This document shows, in pieces, positions 12,201 through 24,941 of a DNA stretch of 64,000 nucleotides. Within the stretch, counting starts at the first letter, position 1. The number at the start of each line of letters is the position of its first letter. The stretch lies in NCBI RefSeq assembly GCF_963853765.1, contig NC_088859.1:26288001-26352000 (forward strand). The letters are read 5' to 3'. The DNA is from Magallana gigas. Its lineage: Eukaryota. Made by a program: the position numbers and the translations under genes. Under the pieces are notes generated by a model. That model saw nothing but the letters and a program-made list of their open reading frames with translations, was not told the origin of the DNA and searched no databases.

Positions 12201-15200
12201 ACTTAGTTACAATTAATTTGTTAACACCATAACTGTCCCCACCCCAAAAAAATAAATAAATAAAAAAAACTTACATAGTTAAATTCTGATTGTTTTACCA
12301 TTTATTTGTTTTGATGTACTAGTAATAAAAGTAGAGGATAAATGGGGACATTTCACTGCTCTTTTTTCAGGAACTAATCCATTTGATATGGAGGCCTCGG
12401 TAACAGACCCCGACGGCTCCACAGAGCTGTGTGAGATCATGGACGAGGAGGACTTCCACTACAGAATGATGTTCACCCCACAGATGGAGGGAACTCACAC
12501 CCTCAGCATTAAACACAAGGGTCTCCATATTTCAGGTACAGCAGCCTGACACACAGTTTGCATATTTGATGTAACGTATACTTTTGAATTTCAAGGAATT
12601 AATTGGGAGAATTTCTAAAATTTGTATATTTAAGCATAGAATGATGCAAGAGCAATTTGTTTGTTTGCCTTTTATTTACATGTGTCTGGGGACAATAATT
12701 ATCCATGGAATATGCATGCAACCCCTTTTGAGGGAAAAATGACATTGTTTTTTTTTTCATTGAATTATAGGCAGTCCATTTGTATATTCCGTCGGTCAGC
12801 TGTCGTCGGGAGGTACTCACAAAGTACAGGTTGGAGGTCCTGGAGTTGAGAAAGGAGAAGTTGGCTTCAGTAGTAAGTGGAATTTAACTCAATGTGTCTG
12901 TAGAAGTCAACCTTATAATGCACATTTTAAATAAAATCTAAATTTTCAATATCAACAAATGAAAACTAAAAAAAAAAATGCGAAATATTTTGAAAGATTT
13001 TCAAACAATTGTAAATTTATCTTTTAAAATTTGCAGAGAAACTTTAATCTTAGACTTATATTAATGATTTTATCGAAGATAATCAAGCTTTTTTGAAGAA
13101 GGATCGCATATATTCGTGTATTTCTCAGATATATTCCAAATCCTTCAAATGTTAGTTTTAAAATGCCTTACTTGCGCATGCGTTAATATATTTTTTACAC
13201 AATTTATTGAACACAAGTACCTTTTAACATGTGTGGCGCACTTTTATGAGGTCACGATTGAAAAAACCCTATTACTTAAAACAACTTTGCATGACCTTTT
13301 ATCAGAAAAAACCTTTTATCAGAAGAACAACACAATAATTAACAATTTGTCTAATATCTGTATATTTCAAAACCCAAACAGATTTACAATCCCCGAGCTT
13401 TAATCTGAAACTTTCTCGAAACGCACTCGAGCACGCTTTAATTTGATTGGTCACTGCTTGTGTCTTTTTCAGCGTATAACGGATAAGTATGAGGAGTGAT
13501 GGTGTTTGAAAATATGTACATATATATCATTGATTGTGATTGGTGGTTAACAATTCAATGATGATAAACAATTAATTCAACTTTCCATTTAAATTTGATT
13601 TGATACAAGAAGAAATGACAACAAATTGAATTGTTAACCCGTAGTGAAAGTCTGTATATAGAACTCTTTGACGATGATAGTTTTTGGTTGTTGTGATTCA
13701 TCTAAATGATTTCTGGAACATTCATGGTCATTCATTTGTAAAAAGTAAATTAAAGACCACCGATTTAAATCGCCGTTTCTTGTCGAAATATACATGCATA
13801 GCGCAGAATTCCTATTCAGTACGATCAAAGTAACATAAAAACATTTTCAAATAGACCAATATGATGCTGTTGAAAACAGAGCTCTGTGATTATGAAAGTT
13901 ATAATGTGATTTTAATTTAATGTTCAAAGCATTAAAAGACAAATTGTAATTTGATTAGGAAAATATCCTTTCATAAAAGGTCACCTAAATATTCACAGCA
14001 TTACTCAAAGTCTGTGGAGATAACACTTATTACACAAATTCCATTCTAGAGTCTTTTTCTAACTATATAGAACAATGCATTCTTAAATTCATAATATGTC
14101 TTTTCAATACTAAATATTAGGTTTAAATAACTTTTAACATTTTTTTTTTCAAACAAAACTTAACAGTTTCTATATTTTCCAGAACAAAAATATTATATCC
14201 TTTCATCGATTGTGCTATTTCTCATACGTAAACGATGTAATTTCTGGGTTTTTTTTTATATATCCACTGAATTTCACAGCTTTTAGTGTGATCGACCATT
14301 TTATCCTTTACAAACAAAGAACCTACCCCTCCCCACTCTTGAATTTACCCCCCCCCCCCCCTTGGCACAGTGTGGTAGCTCCAGGTGTTTTTTTAAACCC
14401 AAAAAGACCCTCTTTCAACGCATGCCATTGAATTCACTTATGAAATAATTTTACATGTTTGGGGTTTTTTTTCCTGTCAAACTAGATTTCTGTGTGTGGT
14501 GATGATGTGTCCCTATTTCTTGTGTGTTCATTGAATTTATTTTTTTTTTAATCCGAATAATTAACGAAATAACAGATTTACAGTTTTAATCAAATGTTAT
14601 ATTCGCACACCCCTTTCTCAAGCCCTGTTCTCGTTTTGTAGATGTCTTCAATATCTACACCCGTGAGGCTGGTGCAGGTGAACTGAGCGTTGCTGTAGAG
14701 GGTCCCTCCGATGCCCTCATCAAGCTCGAGGAAAGGCCCCACGGCTTCCTCGGTGTCAGCTACAAAGTCAAGGTGGCGGGTAAGGCGTTCTATCAGATCT
14801 CTGTTTCTAAAGAATAAAAAAAATGTGCTATCTAACTTAAAGAAATTAGCGAAGTAGCCAATAAAAAGTCGCGTTTTAAACAAATCAAGAAATGCTTATC
14901 CTTTGCAGGAATGTATGACATCCACATCAAGTTCAATGATGCTCACATCCCTGGCTCCCCCTTCAGGGTCCACATCTCTCCAGACAGCGGTGTGGCACGT
15001 AACGTCACTGTTCACTCCCTCAAAGACAGGGGTCTGCAGGTATAGCCTGGCTTTTTTCAGACATTCACATATTCAAGGATTTGAAATCACTAAAAGGCAG
15101 AACTAAAATGGCACCTCACATATGTTATTCAAGCTTACAGTTTCGTTTGCCTCATCCCAAAATTAGGAATTACGTTTAAACAAATCAAAATCGCTCATCC

Positions 15201-17871
15201 ATGGCGCTTTGCTGTGGCCGTATTTTACTATATACTAAAAGTACATTGTATATATAAATTTCACTGTAGGTCGACAAAGCTAGTACTTTCACGGTATCCT
15301 ACAATGGCGCCAAAGGAACTCTGAACGCCTGCGTGCGCACACCTTCTGGTAGTCACGAAGACTGCTTCGTACAAGAAATGGACGATGGACTCTATGGTCT
15401 CCGTTTTATTCCAAAGGAGAACGGAGTCCATTACTTGGACATCAAGCTGAATGATCATCATATCCCAGACAGTCCATTCGCCATTATGGTTGGATCCATG
15501 GCAGCTGACCCTGCCATGGTGCTTGCTCATGGAGATGGCTTAGAAAGAGGATCATGCGGTATAAAACCAATAAAAGCCCTCCAATTGTTTTTGGCAAAGT
15601 GTGACAAGCACGTAGCAGCAGAGGAGGGGGAACATAGCACTCCCACCGAAAACAATTTTCATATTTATTTATTGTGAATTAAACATACAGACCAATTGCC
15701 CCCACCGCTTTTTGTCTGGCACTCTCCTTAAAAATAAACGATGCTACGTGCCTGTTTGATAACTATCACTTGATATTATTAAGTCTGCTGACATGAATTT
15801 TTTTCTATATCTTCTGTTTTTGATTTTTTGTACCAGGCATAAAGAACAAGTTTGTGGTGAGAACTGCAGGAGCTGGATCCAGCTTCTTGGCCGTGTTCAT
15901 CGAAGGTCCCTCCAAGTGTGCCCTCAGTTGTCGCGAGGTTGACGAGGGCTACGAATTCAGCTACACGGCCTTCGCCCCAGGCAAATACCTCATTACCGTC
16001 AAATATGGTAACATCAACATTGCCGGCAGTCCATACCAATCGGAGGTCACTGGTACGTACGTCAAATATTTGAACAAAGCGAATGCCTTAAGTTTGTGAT
16101 AACCATATTTATTAAATCTTTATCTTTTCTTTCTTCTATAATCCCAAATAATTACCATAACTGTTACATTTTATATACTATTATTCTCGTTTGCCTTCTT
16201 AATTTTACTCTATATATTTTTTTATTTTGTATATGGATACTTATAATCTTCCTTGGTTTATCTGTTATTTTCATTATACTTTTTTTTTCTTTTTTATATC
16301 TCTATTTAAAGAAGGATTCATGGGTAGTAGTTAACAAGATGTTTTGAGTTTGGCAACTGGAAGGCATTTAATTACAAAATATATATCGCTTGCATTAGAG
16401 CTCATAGGTTTTAATAATAATTTGGCTTTATCTTTTATATACAGCTCGTGGCGGTTCAGGTATATAGAAATACCACAGCCTCCAAGCTTCGACTTTGTAA
16501 TGTTAGATGCATTGAAGATAGATTTCAATCAAAAAAGCTGTTGTAAATTTTAGAACTTGTGAAATTAACAGCTTCTTGAACATTATGTAATCTCTCTTCT
16601 GCGTTTGATGCATGCAAGCAGACGGCAGGATATCTTGTAACCGACGCCGGATTGAAATCTATCATGTTTATTACTGCTTAATAGCGAGTGTTTGTCAGAA
16701 TAATCAATGATCAATAGTAATTTCCATTAATAAATAATGTAATTCAAAAGAAAAACTAAATACATATGAAGTTTTTTTTTTAAAGTTTGGTAAATATGCT
16801 GAAAATAAAATTAAAATTATCGATTGCTACTGCAATTGATACCAAATCTTATAGATGTAAAAAAAAAACAACGTAAATTTTTTAAGCATTGAAACTTTAA
16901 GATGAATATGATGGCAATTCACTCTTTAAAGATGTTAAATGTTTTAGTCTCCAGACGATTTTGTTATTTTTTCTCCTCGCCATTTGATAGTTAGAATCGT
17001 TGTCCTTTTTACCGATCCAGAAATGAATTATTTTCCCTGTGTGAATTACCTCCCTTTTTTAAAATTGTTGCTTAAATGAAAATTTCGTTAATAAGTCAAA
17101 TACATATTAGTATTGAAACACGTTTTACTGTTGTTTTGATATGTTTATCTTCTCTGTATTAATGCCTTTCAATGATGTTTTTTGCCAGGATCTGGAAGGA
17201 AACCTTCACCTCTAAACGAAACAACCTCAATGGTTGTCGAGACTGTGGAAAAGAGACCGGGAGCTAAGTCTCTGAGACGCTTCCGCGGGGACGCCAGCAA
17301 AGTGAACGTCAGAGGGCCTGGTCTGAAGAAAGCCAGATGTAACCAGACGCAGACCTTCACCATCGATGTGAAAGACGCAGGTAAATATTACCAGATATTC
17401 ACAGGTAAAATGCAAAAAAGCACACACAGCTGAAATAAGGAAACTGAAACGGAACATCGTAGGGTTTTTTTTTTGATAAATACATTGTATTCTTAAACAT
17501 TTGTACAATGGTTTTGCTTCGCTCAGCGAAAATTAAATTTGAATGCGTGCGAGTTATTTTAAATAATCCTTCGTCGAATTTGAGAGATGATTCCTATTCT
17601 CAAGAAACAAGAAAAAAAAAACCAAACCAAACAACAGCAAAGTTGACGAAAAAGATTAAAAGAAATACAATTTTGCCTTTCAGGACACGCTATGCTATGT
17701 GTTGGTATGGTGGCACCTAACGGGCTCCCGGAGCCCGAGTTGATGGTCAAGAAGAACAACCCAACCCAGTATACCGTATCTTACAAGGTTGTAGAGGCCG
17801 GGGAACACACCCTGTGTATCAGGTTCGGGGATGAGGAAGTTCCCGGCTCCCCCTTCTCCATTGCAACGTAA
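2224..17871 (+). CDS. FLN: Filamin (Ig-like repeats ~16-24, incl. hinge-2-like linker and C-terminal dimerisation repeat); 833 aa from ATG 2224; may be the 3' part of a longer gene starting left of the window
   Basis: Exons 2224(acceptor 2218)-2359, 5919-6047, 7784-7954, 10296-10454, 10726-10929, 11089-11241, 11808-11936, 12371-12535, 12771-12872, 14642-14779, 14909-15039, 15270-15558, 15837-16052, 17189-17380, 17684-17871. All introns GT-AG; total 2502 nt, frame continuous to TAA. Repeated filamin motifs (GSPF, GYGGLSVVIEGP, YTREAGAG, RFIPKENGVHYLDIKLN, DASKV, GDEEVPGSPF). The A/B/C paralog cannot be assigned. Confidence 0.93.
3161..3206 (+). repeat. (TC)23 microsatellite in filamin intron
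   Basis: Pure TC dinucleotide run, 46 nt. Confidence 0.97.
4803..5036. mobile_element. 234-bp MITE with ~16-bp TIRs and 5-bp flanking direct repeat
   Basis: Left end CACTGGCGGATCTAGA; right end reverse-complement CATTGGCAGATCCAGG. CTAAT flanks both sides (4798-4802, 5037-5041). A related right end (cttgaatccgccactg) occurs near 49220-49235. Confidence 0.8.
8720..8743 (+). CDS. Candidate 24-nt frame-preserving filamin microexon (V)HDNGMPS
   Basis: tatgtcttttactgtatag|TTCATGACAATGGTATGCCATCCG|gtaagt. Phase 1 in and phase 1 out, matching the flanking exons 7784-7954 and 10296-10454; no stop. Confidence 0.6.
11338..11520. mobile_element. Degenerate non-autonomous repeat with recurring TCGCGAG motifs (MITE-like remnant) in filamin intron
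   Basis: Several ttcgcgag/atcgcgag/ctcgc motifs in AT-rich intron. Termini not resolved. Confidence 0.35.
16445..16459 (+). CDS. Candidate 15-nt frame-preserving filamin microexon (A)RGGS at the hinge before the last repeat
   Basis: ttggctttatcttttatatacag|CTCGTGGCGGTTCAG|gtatat. Phase 1/1, matching the flanking exons. TGCATG (RBFOX motif) at 16609-16614 downstream. Confidence 0.55.
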
Positions 17872-18510
17872 TCAGCCCTTCAGTGACATTCTTAAACTTC
17901 AGTTTATTTCTTTTTTGTCTCCCTCTCTTCTTTCTGTTTTTTTTTTTTTATAAACGTATTTATTCACAAGACTTGCAATAATTGAGTTTTATATTTGACG
18001 AGTGTGTAATTTATGAATATATGGGCTCCAAGTGTTCTGTTTCAGAGAATCCACGTGTGGTGTAAATGTTATAGACACAGTAGTTTTAGTTTAAATTCAA
18101 ATTAGATTGTACTTCCTGTATAGTAATTAGTATTGCGTATCATCCCGTCCCATTCCCCGTTGTAGCGTCTGATAAGCATTTAATTAACTTATTTATTGTA
18201 TCTATTTCTTTAATGATAAAAATGTTTGTTCATAATTTATCACTGTAGCCAAATAACAAAATCAAATACATGTACATGTAAATCTCTTATGCGTCGTTAC
18301 TGTAACAGATATTTCCTAACAATCGGAATATAGTCTTTCGGCTCTGGTACGTAGTATTTACGGAGCGAAGTATTTTTTTTTTTTTTCAGGGTTCTTAGAT
18401 AGAACGCATGCGACAGGCTGGCGTCTAATTAATTCATATGGATAATATATAGATTTTATAGATTTGAATAATGTTGGTTTTTCCTTTTGACATCCAGCTA
18501 GGATTGTTTC

Positions 18511-18516
18511 AATAAA
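18511..18516 (+). terminator. Candidate filamin polyadenylation signal AATAAA
   Basis: AATAAA ~640 nt after the filamin stop, followed by GT-rich sequence (tgtttgttgtttgtg). Confidence 0.45.
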
Positions 18517-18929
18517 CTGATGATGTCAAGTTGATGTTTTGTTGTTTGTGACAACTGCATTTTGCGGTCAAATCTCGGTCTGAATTGATAAAAGTCAGTT
18601 GATCCGGTTCCATTGACATAAATGTACAGTCAAAAGCTATCCGGTACAAAGCTAAACACATCACTTGTCGTTTTGGAGGGAGAAAATAAAGTTATTCATA
18701 TATTGCATAACGTGTGTTGTATAAATATATAAAGAAGATGGGGGAATAAGATAGCGCAAATGTCCATTCGGTTTAGTAGTGAAATACAATTTTGAATTTA
18801 TTTTTTCCCAATTAAATCTATTCAAATATATTATAATACAAGTTTGCAAAATCACAATTTCTAACAATATTCAGTTTTTAATATATTTAACAAAAGATAA
18901 GAAAAAACAATATTGCCAGAAATTTATGT

Positions 18930-19007
18930 GGTATCGAACCCATCACATAAAAAGCCTAGGTATTTAAGGTTAGCTTATGTCAGGTACGTATTCAAACCTC
19001 TGAGCCA
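18930..19007 (-). mobile_element. tRNA-derived SINE-like head (Pol III A/B boxes), degenerate
   Basis: Minus strand: A-box-like TGGCTCAGAGG (19007-18997) and B-box-like GGTTCGATACC (18940-18930). I could not build a cloverleaf. Confidence 0.45.
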
Positions 19008-20461
19008 TTTCAGACACAACAAAGTAGGTTGTTAAAATACTATGTCTGACTTTGACCACGAATTTACTGACGTATTATTTTTCAAAACGTTCGATTGTTG
19101 GGATACAAAATGATATTTTTAATGTTTAGTGAGTCATCTCTCCACGTTTTTGTTGATTGAAATCGGTTTGTTTTCCAATAGACCTTATTTAGACTATGAG
19201 AAAAATATGGAGCACAGACCCACTCTATAAAGAAAATGCCTTGAAGTTCTAAAACATTACAGTATTTGCAGGTTTTGATACGTATACGCCTGTTTGAGTC
19301 AACATATTCCAAGTATTGAAAATGTTTATAGGTTAAAAATCAATGATATGTAAAATTTATATTGTTTTAAATGATTTTTTGAAAAAAATATCAGATTTAT
19401 TAATATTTTAATTTTTCAGTAGCTTGTCCGACCGTGTATGGGCATTTTACACGCCTTATCCACCCAACTTCTTTATTTATGAAAAATGAAGAACAATAAT
19501 TGATTATCTGAAACATAAAGTAGTGTCTACAGTAAAAATGAAGTGATTTTAAATTATTTTTTTTTTGATTTGTTAAAATTTGTTAAAATCATTTTGGTAG
19601 GAATAATTTACATACTAGTAATGAGCTTTTTTATTCTTTTTTTTTTCTCAAATATACCTAAAGAAGGTATAAGTTATTGATTCTTTAAATTAAAAACTTA
19701 AATACGGATGAGTGATTTAGTTGTAGTTAGGGTTATTTTAGTATTAGTTGGTACATTATAGCGTTTCCATTGCCGAGAGGCGTCTGCAGGATGAAAACGT
19801 TCTTGGCTTTCTTTTAAATGTATTTAAAAAGCGAATTGCAAACAGGAAAAATGTAATAGTTGAAAAGAGTGGGGAAAAAATGCTATACGCTTAATTCAAT
19901 GAACAATACATTTACTATTCATGCTGCATTTAAAAAAAAAACAAACCATCAATCTGAGTCTGCCATTCCATTACACAGCTATCCAAACAATTTTTTTTTT
20001 TACTTTTAAAGATGACTCAAAGATAAATGTAAGATGTAGCAATGTGCAACATGTTTGGAGAAACTCAGTCAAGAATGATTCAGTCATCGTGCTTGCAATG
20101 AAAAATTTATTAGAAATTAGTCATGAAAATTTCTTCTTAAATTAAGTGTATCATATAAAATTATGGCATCAAGATAAAAAAAATGTTACTCATACACATA
20201 GCGAGTCATAACTTGAACAGAAATTATATGAGGTTGTACAAGAGTGAAACATTACAATTATGTATCTATGTATGTAAATTAACCTTTAACTGTATAAATA
20301 CTATATTCATCGTGTTTTGCAAACCTTTGCTGATCAAGAATGTTTTTTTCTCCCAAACTTCTAGTATATTGTGCAATATATATTCTTCTTTCTTTCTCAA
20401 ACAGAACATATTTTCTGTCGGAGATACAATTTTGGCAACAACAAATCCTATAGACGCCACA

Positions 20462-22045
20462 CTACAGAAACTGATTCTTGTTCACAGTGCGTTCCTTGCA
20501 TTGTTGGCGCTCTTCGTACAACTTCTGCCTATATCGCAAAATCTCTTCTCGTCGAAATATGGCGCGAAGTGGCAGATCGCTCTGCTGTAACGTTCGGAGT
20601 CTCTCTTCATCTTCCACTAACTTTGTTACTGTCTTTTCTCGGAAATTCTGATCAATTGTTTCTTTCCGACATCGGACCTTTGCCAAGCGTTCCTCAACGG
20701 CTTTCAGTTTTTCTTTCTGTTTGGCTATTCTTTTCTTGCGTTTCTCTTCGGCACGGAGAATTTTATCTTCACTTTTCTTTCTTAAATTTTCAATGATCAT
20801 TTCTCGTTTAGATTTAGCCTTTTCGTATTTTTCTTGGTGTTTTCTACTCATCTCTCCTATATTTTGATAAAAAAAGAAACGCTTTAATTCATGAATAAAT
20901 GGTTAATGAAACGTCATCAACTGTACCACAATTTTGTATACATATTGCTTTTGCCTTGGTGAAAATAACAATCCAAATTGTACCTTTGATCCAACTTACA
21001 ACGGTAATAAAGGCGACACAAAGCAGTAATATGAGATCAAGTTTTGGTCCCATGCTTAAGATGCGGAGATGAAGCTATACTTTATGAGGTTGATAGCATT
21101 GGTCACAAATGCCGTTTGACTTCTCACTTAAAACAAAGCAACATTTGACACCCATAAATATGCAGCTATAATGATTTTTTAAATCACTTTTTTTTTTTAA
21201 TTTAAATTTTGCTTTCCTCCATATATCCACGTTCATGAGGGACAATGTTTTGCATTTGGAATCAAATGTTAGAAATTGATGATAGTTAAATAATTCTTCA
21301 TTATGAAACTGTATATTCAATTCAATCTTAAACAATTACTCACGGCACTACTTCTATATTTATATTTAATAGAATTATACATTACAAAACTTAGAACTTG
21401 CAGTCATGAACAAGCAAACTCAGTAGCGGTTATTAATGTTTCAAATTGTTCCTGAAAATTAATATTAAGCTTGTTTTTTGCAAATATTTTTCGAGTTTCC
21501 ATTTGGCAAAATACACAAAAAACATTATTCATATATAACGTTAGCATTCGTGTCAATTTTTGCAAATAAGTTAAAGAATATATTTCTATCTACTCTGATA
21601 AGAATTAAGTAATTTATCATCATTGTTGTGTTTCTAATTGTATTCTCAAATATTTGGGATTTTGTAAAGTTAAAATTCTTAGTGCAAAAAGGTCATACTG
21701 TGAAAATCACGAGGATATCTATTCCACCTAACGGAATTTATGGCAAGTGAAAGCGTAAGCTAATTACTAACCCTTTTCGTTTAATTGGTCCTGATGTAAA
21801 ATATCAGCTTGCAACATCTTTTCGTCATGATTAAGCTTATAGTTATAAGTATCCCCCATCTGTTCCGAATTTTCTCCATCTTTTGATTGTGTCCGACTCT
21901 TTTTCCTCTCGGACAACTGATTGACGGACAAATCGTTGACCGGAATGTAAAACGCTACAGGTCGGACATCACTGTTTTCTATCTTTGTATTCTCTTGAGA
22001 ATTGGGGCTTGCGGCAATCTTACCAGATGGTGGCGGAGTTTTCAT
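20462..22045 (-). CDS. Uncharacterised K/E/R-rich coiled-coil protein, 2 exons, ~222 aa
   Basis: Exon 1 22045-21772 (MKTPPPSGK...LNEKG; donor G|gttagt). Exon 2 20856-20462 (acceptor atag|GA GAG ATG; phase 1 matches) with a helical K/E/R-rich sequence. The supplied ORF track labels 21767..22045 as +, but its translation reads on the minus strand. Confidence 0.7.
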
Positions 22046-23384
22046 ATTTTACTTTGCGATAGCGTTATTGACAACGAAGAATGATCTGTTTATTATGACG
22101 TAATGAAAGGCTTCTTCTACAAAAAATTCGAGGTTGTTCCGAATGTTATTTTTGACGTCACAATAAATCTTAATGACTATGGCACATCGGCGCTAAATTA
22201 TATAGGTATTTTAAAACACGGGATATGAAGGTAGGCATGCATATTTCAGATAAAAGAACTATTGCGATGTTTGTTTTATTATTTTGATTTTTTTAAAATA
22301 AATAATTTTCATAAGTAAACTATTATTGATATAATTAAAAATCAACATCTGGCTTGAAAACATAAACGAAAGGAATAGCTATATAGAATCTTGAGCAAGA
22401 AAACTCTACAGGTTTTCCATTAAAAAATCCAAATCTAGTAAATTTGTGACTAACAGGCACATATCATAATAAATATTACCATAGGTATAGATAAGGGAGT
22501 TTAAACCATCACAACCCCTATATTATTCAACAAATAAATAAAAATTTCTAAATTTAAACCACATCTTTCGCAATTTTTTAAAATGAAGTTTAATTCCTGT
22601 TGAAGCACATATGATACATTTAAACTTTTTTTCCAATTTGAAACTCCTTGAAAGTTTTTTGAAAAACAAGAACATAAACAAAAGACTTACAGGGTTGTTT
22701 TAATGAGTAACATAAAAAGTTAAAGATATAAATACAATAAAATACAACAACATGAAATATCTTATGCAGTTATTATGTTTTTCAACATGGATGGATGATA
22801 GCACACTAGAAGTTTGTATGTAATTTTACTTTACAATTAAGACATGCTTGATTTTTCCTTCTTTTTTTATTATTTTTTTTTTTTACATGCAAGCATACCC
22901 CCTGCCAAAAAGAGGAAAGAAAAAAATGAAATAAAGAAAAAAAACCACCAGAAAAATGTTATGATTTTACTCTACATTTATCAATCTGGGTTTTTCATAA
23001 AATAAATATGGCACATGCACTCCCACCCCCACCCCCCTTGCAGAAAAAAACCCCAATCAAATAAACAAAAACAAAAAACAAAACATTATGCTCATATTTT
23101 GAAAACAAAAAATACATAACATAAATGTCATGACTAATATATGCTCAGTCGGAAATAATTGATTTTAAAATGCATAGATGTAACTAAATGTATATCTCTT
23201 TGCTCTTTTACATATTTATAGTAAGAATAAGCCATTAAAATGTAAATCACTACAGTAACTATAATGCCCTCAGTTAAAATCAAAATACAAACTGAATTGA
23301 ACAACTAATTTTGTTACAATTTCATATTCCTTTAAAGTTTAAACAGAAATATATAGAAAGTGTTAGAAAATGCTATATAGTTAA

Positions 23385-23678
23385 GGTGGCTCACTACACC
23401 TTGAAATAGGACCTAAATTCAGCAGAAAATTACAGATAGTACAATGCATAATAATAAGTGTATAGGTTGAATAGACAAAATATATGTAATTAAACTTTAG
23501 ATAAAAAATTATGATTTTCAAAATTTTATTCAGAAAATATGAACAAGTCCTTGGCAGATTTGAACTCACAATCTGGGTTCACAAGCCTTGAGTTATGATG
23601 ATATTCAACAAAATCTATTGCTACATGTACAAACCATTTAACAAAACATTTAAAATTACCATCATGTGACATAGTATC
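23385..23678. mobile_element. Degenerate TTAA-flanked non-autonomous element (Kolobok-like ends)
   Basis: ttaa|ggtggctcactacacc at the left end and a possible ...gtatc|ttaa at the right end. TIR match is poor. Contains a B-box-like GTTCAAATC on the minus strand (~23555-23570). Confidence 0.3.
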
Positions 23679-23949
23679 TTAAACTTTTTGTGACAAAGTA
23701 CAAGTCTTGATTTAGTAGAGAACCTTAAATCAAATCACACTTGAGCCTTAATTTTGGGGAGAAGATTCTTTAAATTTTATAACATTAAATCAATAATTAT
23801 TTTTTATTATCTCTCTTTTTTGGGGGGAACTAGCAGGGTTTATATTTTTGAAAGTGAGTAGAAGTCCAAGAATAGCTACCATATTATTACCCCCAAGGTG
23901 CCTCTTTTATATAAGTTACCAGGTACATGTATTGATTACAATGTGGCAG

Positions 23950-24480
23950 TTTTGATCTTGACCTTTGTCAATGACCCCAGTTAAAGGAAATATACCCCCT
24001 GGTCACAGGCAACCTTTTTTGTCAAATATGAGCTTCTGACATTTCCTCTCATCAAAGTAATGGACCAGACAGTTTAGGTCATCATCATACAGATGAACAG
24101 ACAGATGAATGGAAAGTGATAAAGGGATAGAAAGATGGAATGTAATGATTACTGATACTACTTCTCCCTAAACATATGCATTAGTCTCTGTGAGATACTA
24201 TGTAACTACAAATACAGATGGACAGGCAAAGAGATATACAGACTGGCAGATAAACAGACATTTCCTTTGAAAACCAATTTCTTGGCTATTAAATTTTACC
24301 TTGAACTTTGCATGTTTGACCTTGATTGTCATAAATTGCTTCACATATCAGATCAGAAAAGTATATGCATCATGTATGATTTAAAGTTAAAGTTACCCCT
24401 TTATAAGAAAGATATAAAACTCAATTTGACCTTTTATAATCATTTGACCTTGACATTGGTCAATGACCTTTCCAAGGGTA
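23950..24480. mobile_element. Helitron/Helentron (HINE)-like remnant downstream of CLCN7
   Basis: Clustered TGACCTT(GA) motifs plus ACAGA(C/T)G microsatellite-like runs (24087-24110, 24213-24260), a pattern recalled for bivalve HINE elements. Termini not defined. Confidence 0.4.
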
Positions 24481-24941
24481 AAATTGTGCTAATTATGCAA
24501 CAATGCTTCTTCTATCTGGAAATTCAAAAAACAATCAAAACTTTTTCAAATGCATATGTACCCGTTAAACTGTCAAGATTTAAAAATGTGGAAGTACATG
24601 TAAATATGTAAAACTTTTGAATGCAAAGTATATTTGAACATAAAATATGCATAATATGTCATGAAAATTTAGTAACAATTCAAATTTTTACTTCACTTAA
24701 TTAAAACATACGATCAAATATGAGACAGACATTGTTCATAACATATTGTCTTTTGTTTTAGAATGCTTAATGTCATTAAACGTTGCATGCATATAATTAT
24801 CAATCAATTAATAATACAATGAACATTGAACAAACATTTTACTTGGCACCTTTTAATATTGTGTAGTTGCATGTCCTTTTGTTGTTTGACAAGGATGCAT
24901 GAATCTTTTTTTTACAAGGGTCTTCCCTTCCTCTGAGTAAA

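Noticed and set aside
14486-14491. Possible 6-nt filamin microexon (ag|ATTTCT|gt)
   Set aside because: Weak donor; the alignment to filamin repeat 21 is already gap-free without it.
20183-20796. Plus-strand 135- and 141-aa hydrophobic ORFs
   Set aside because: Antisense of the A-rich coiled-coil exon; the F/L richness is the complement of K/E codons.
21767-22045. ORF track entry labelled + strand
   Set aside because: The listed peptide MKTPPPSGK is the reverse complement of the sequence (ATG at 22045-22043), so it is a minus-strand exon. The strand label is wrong.
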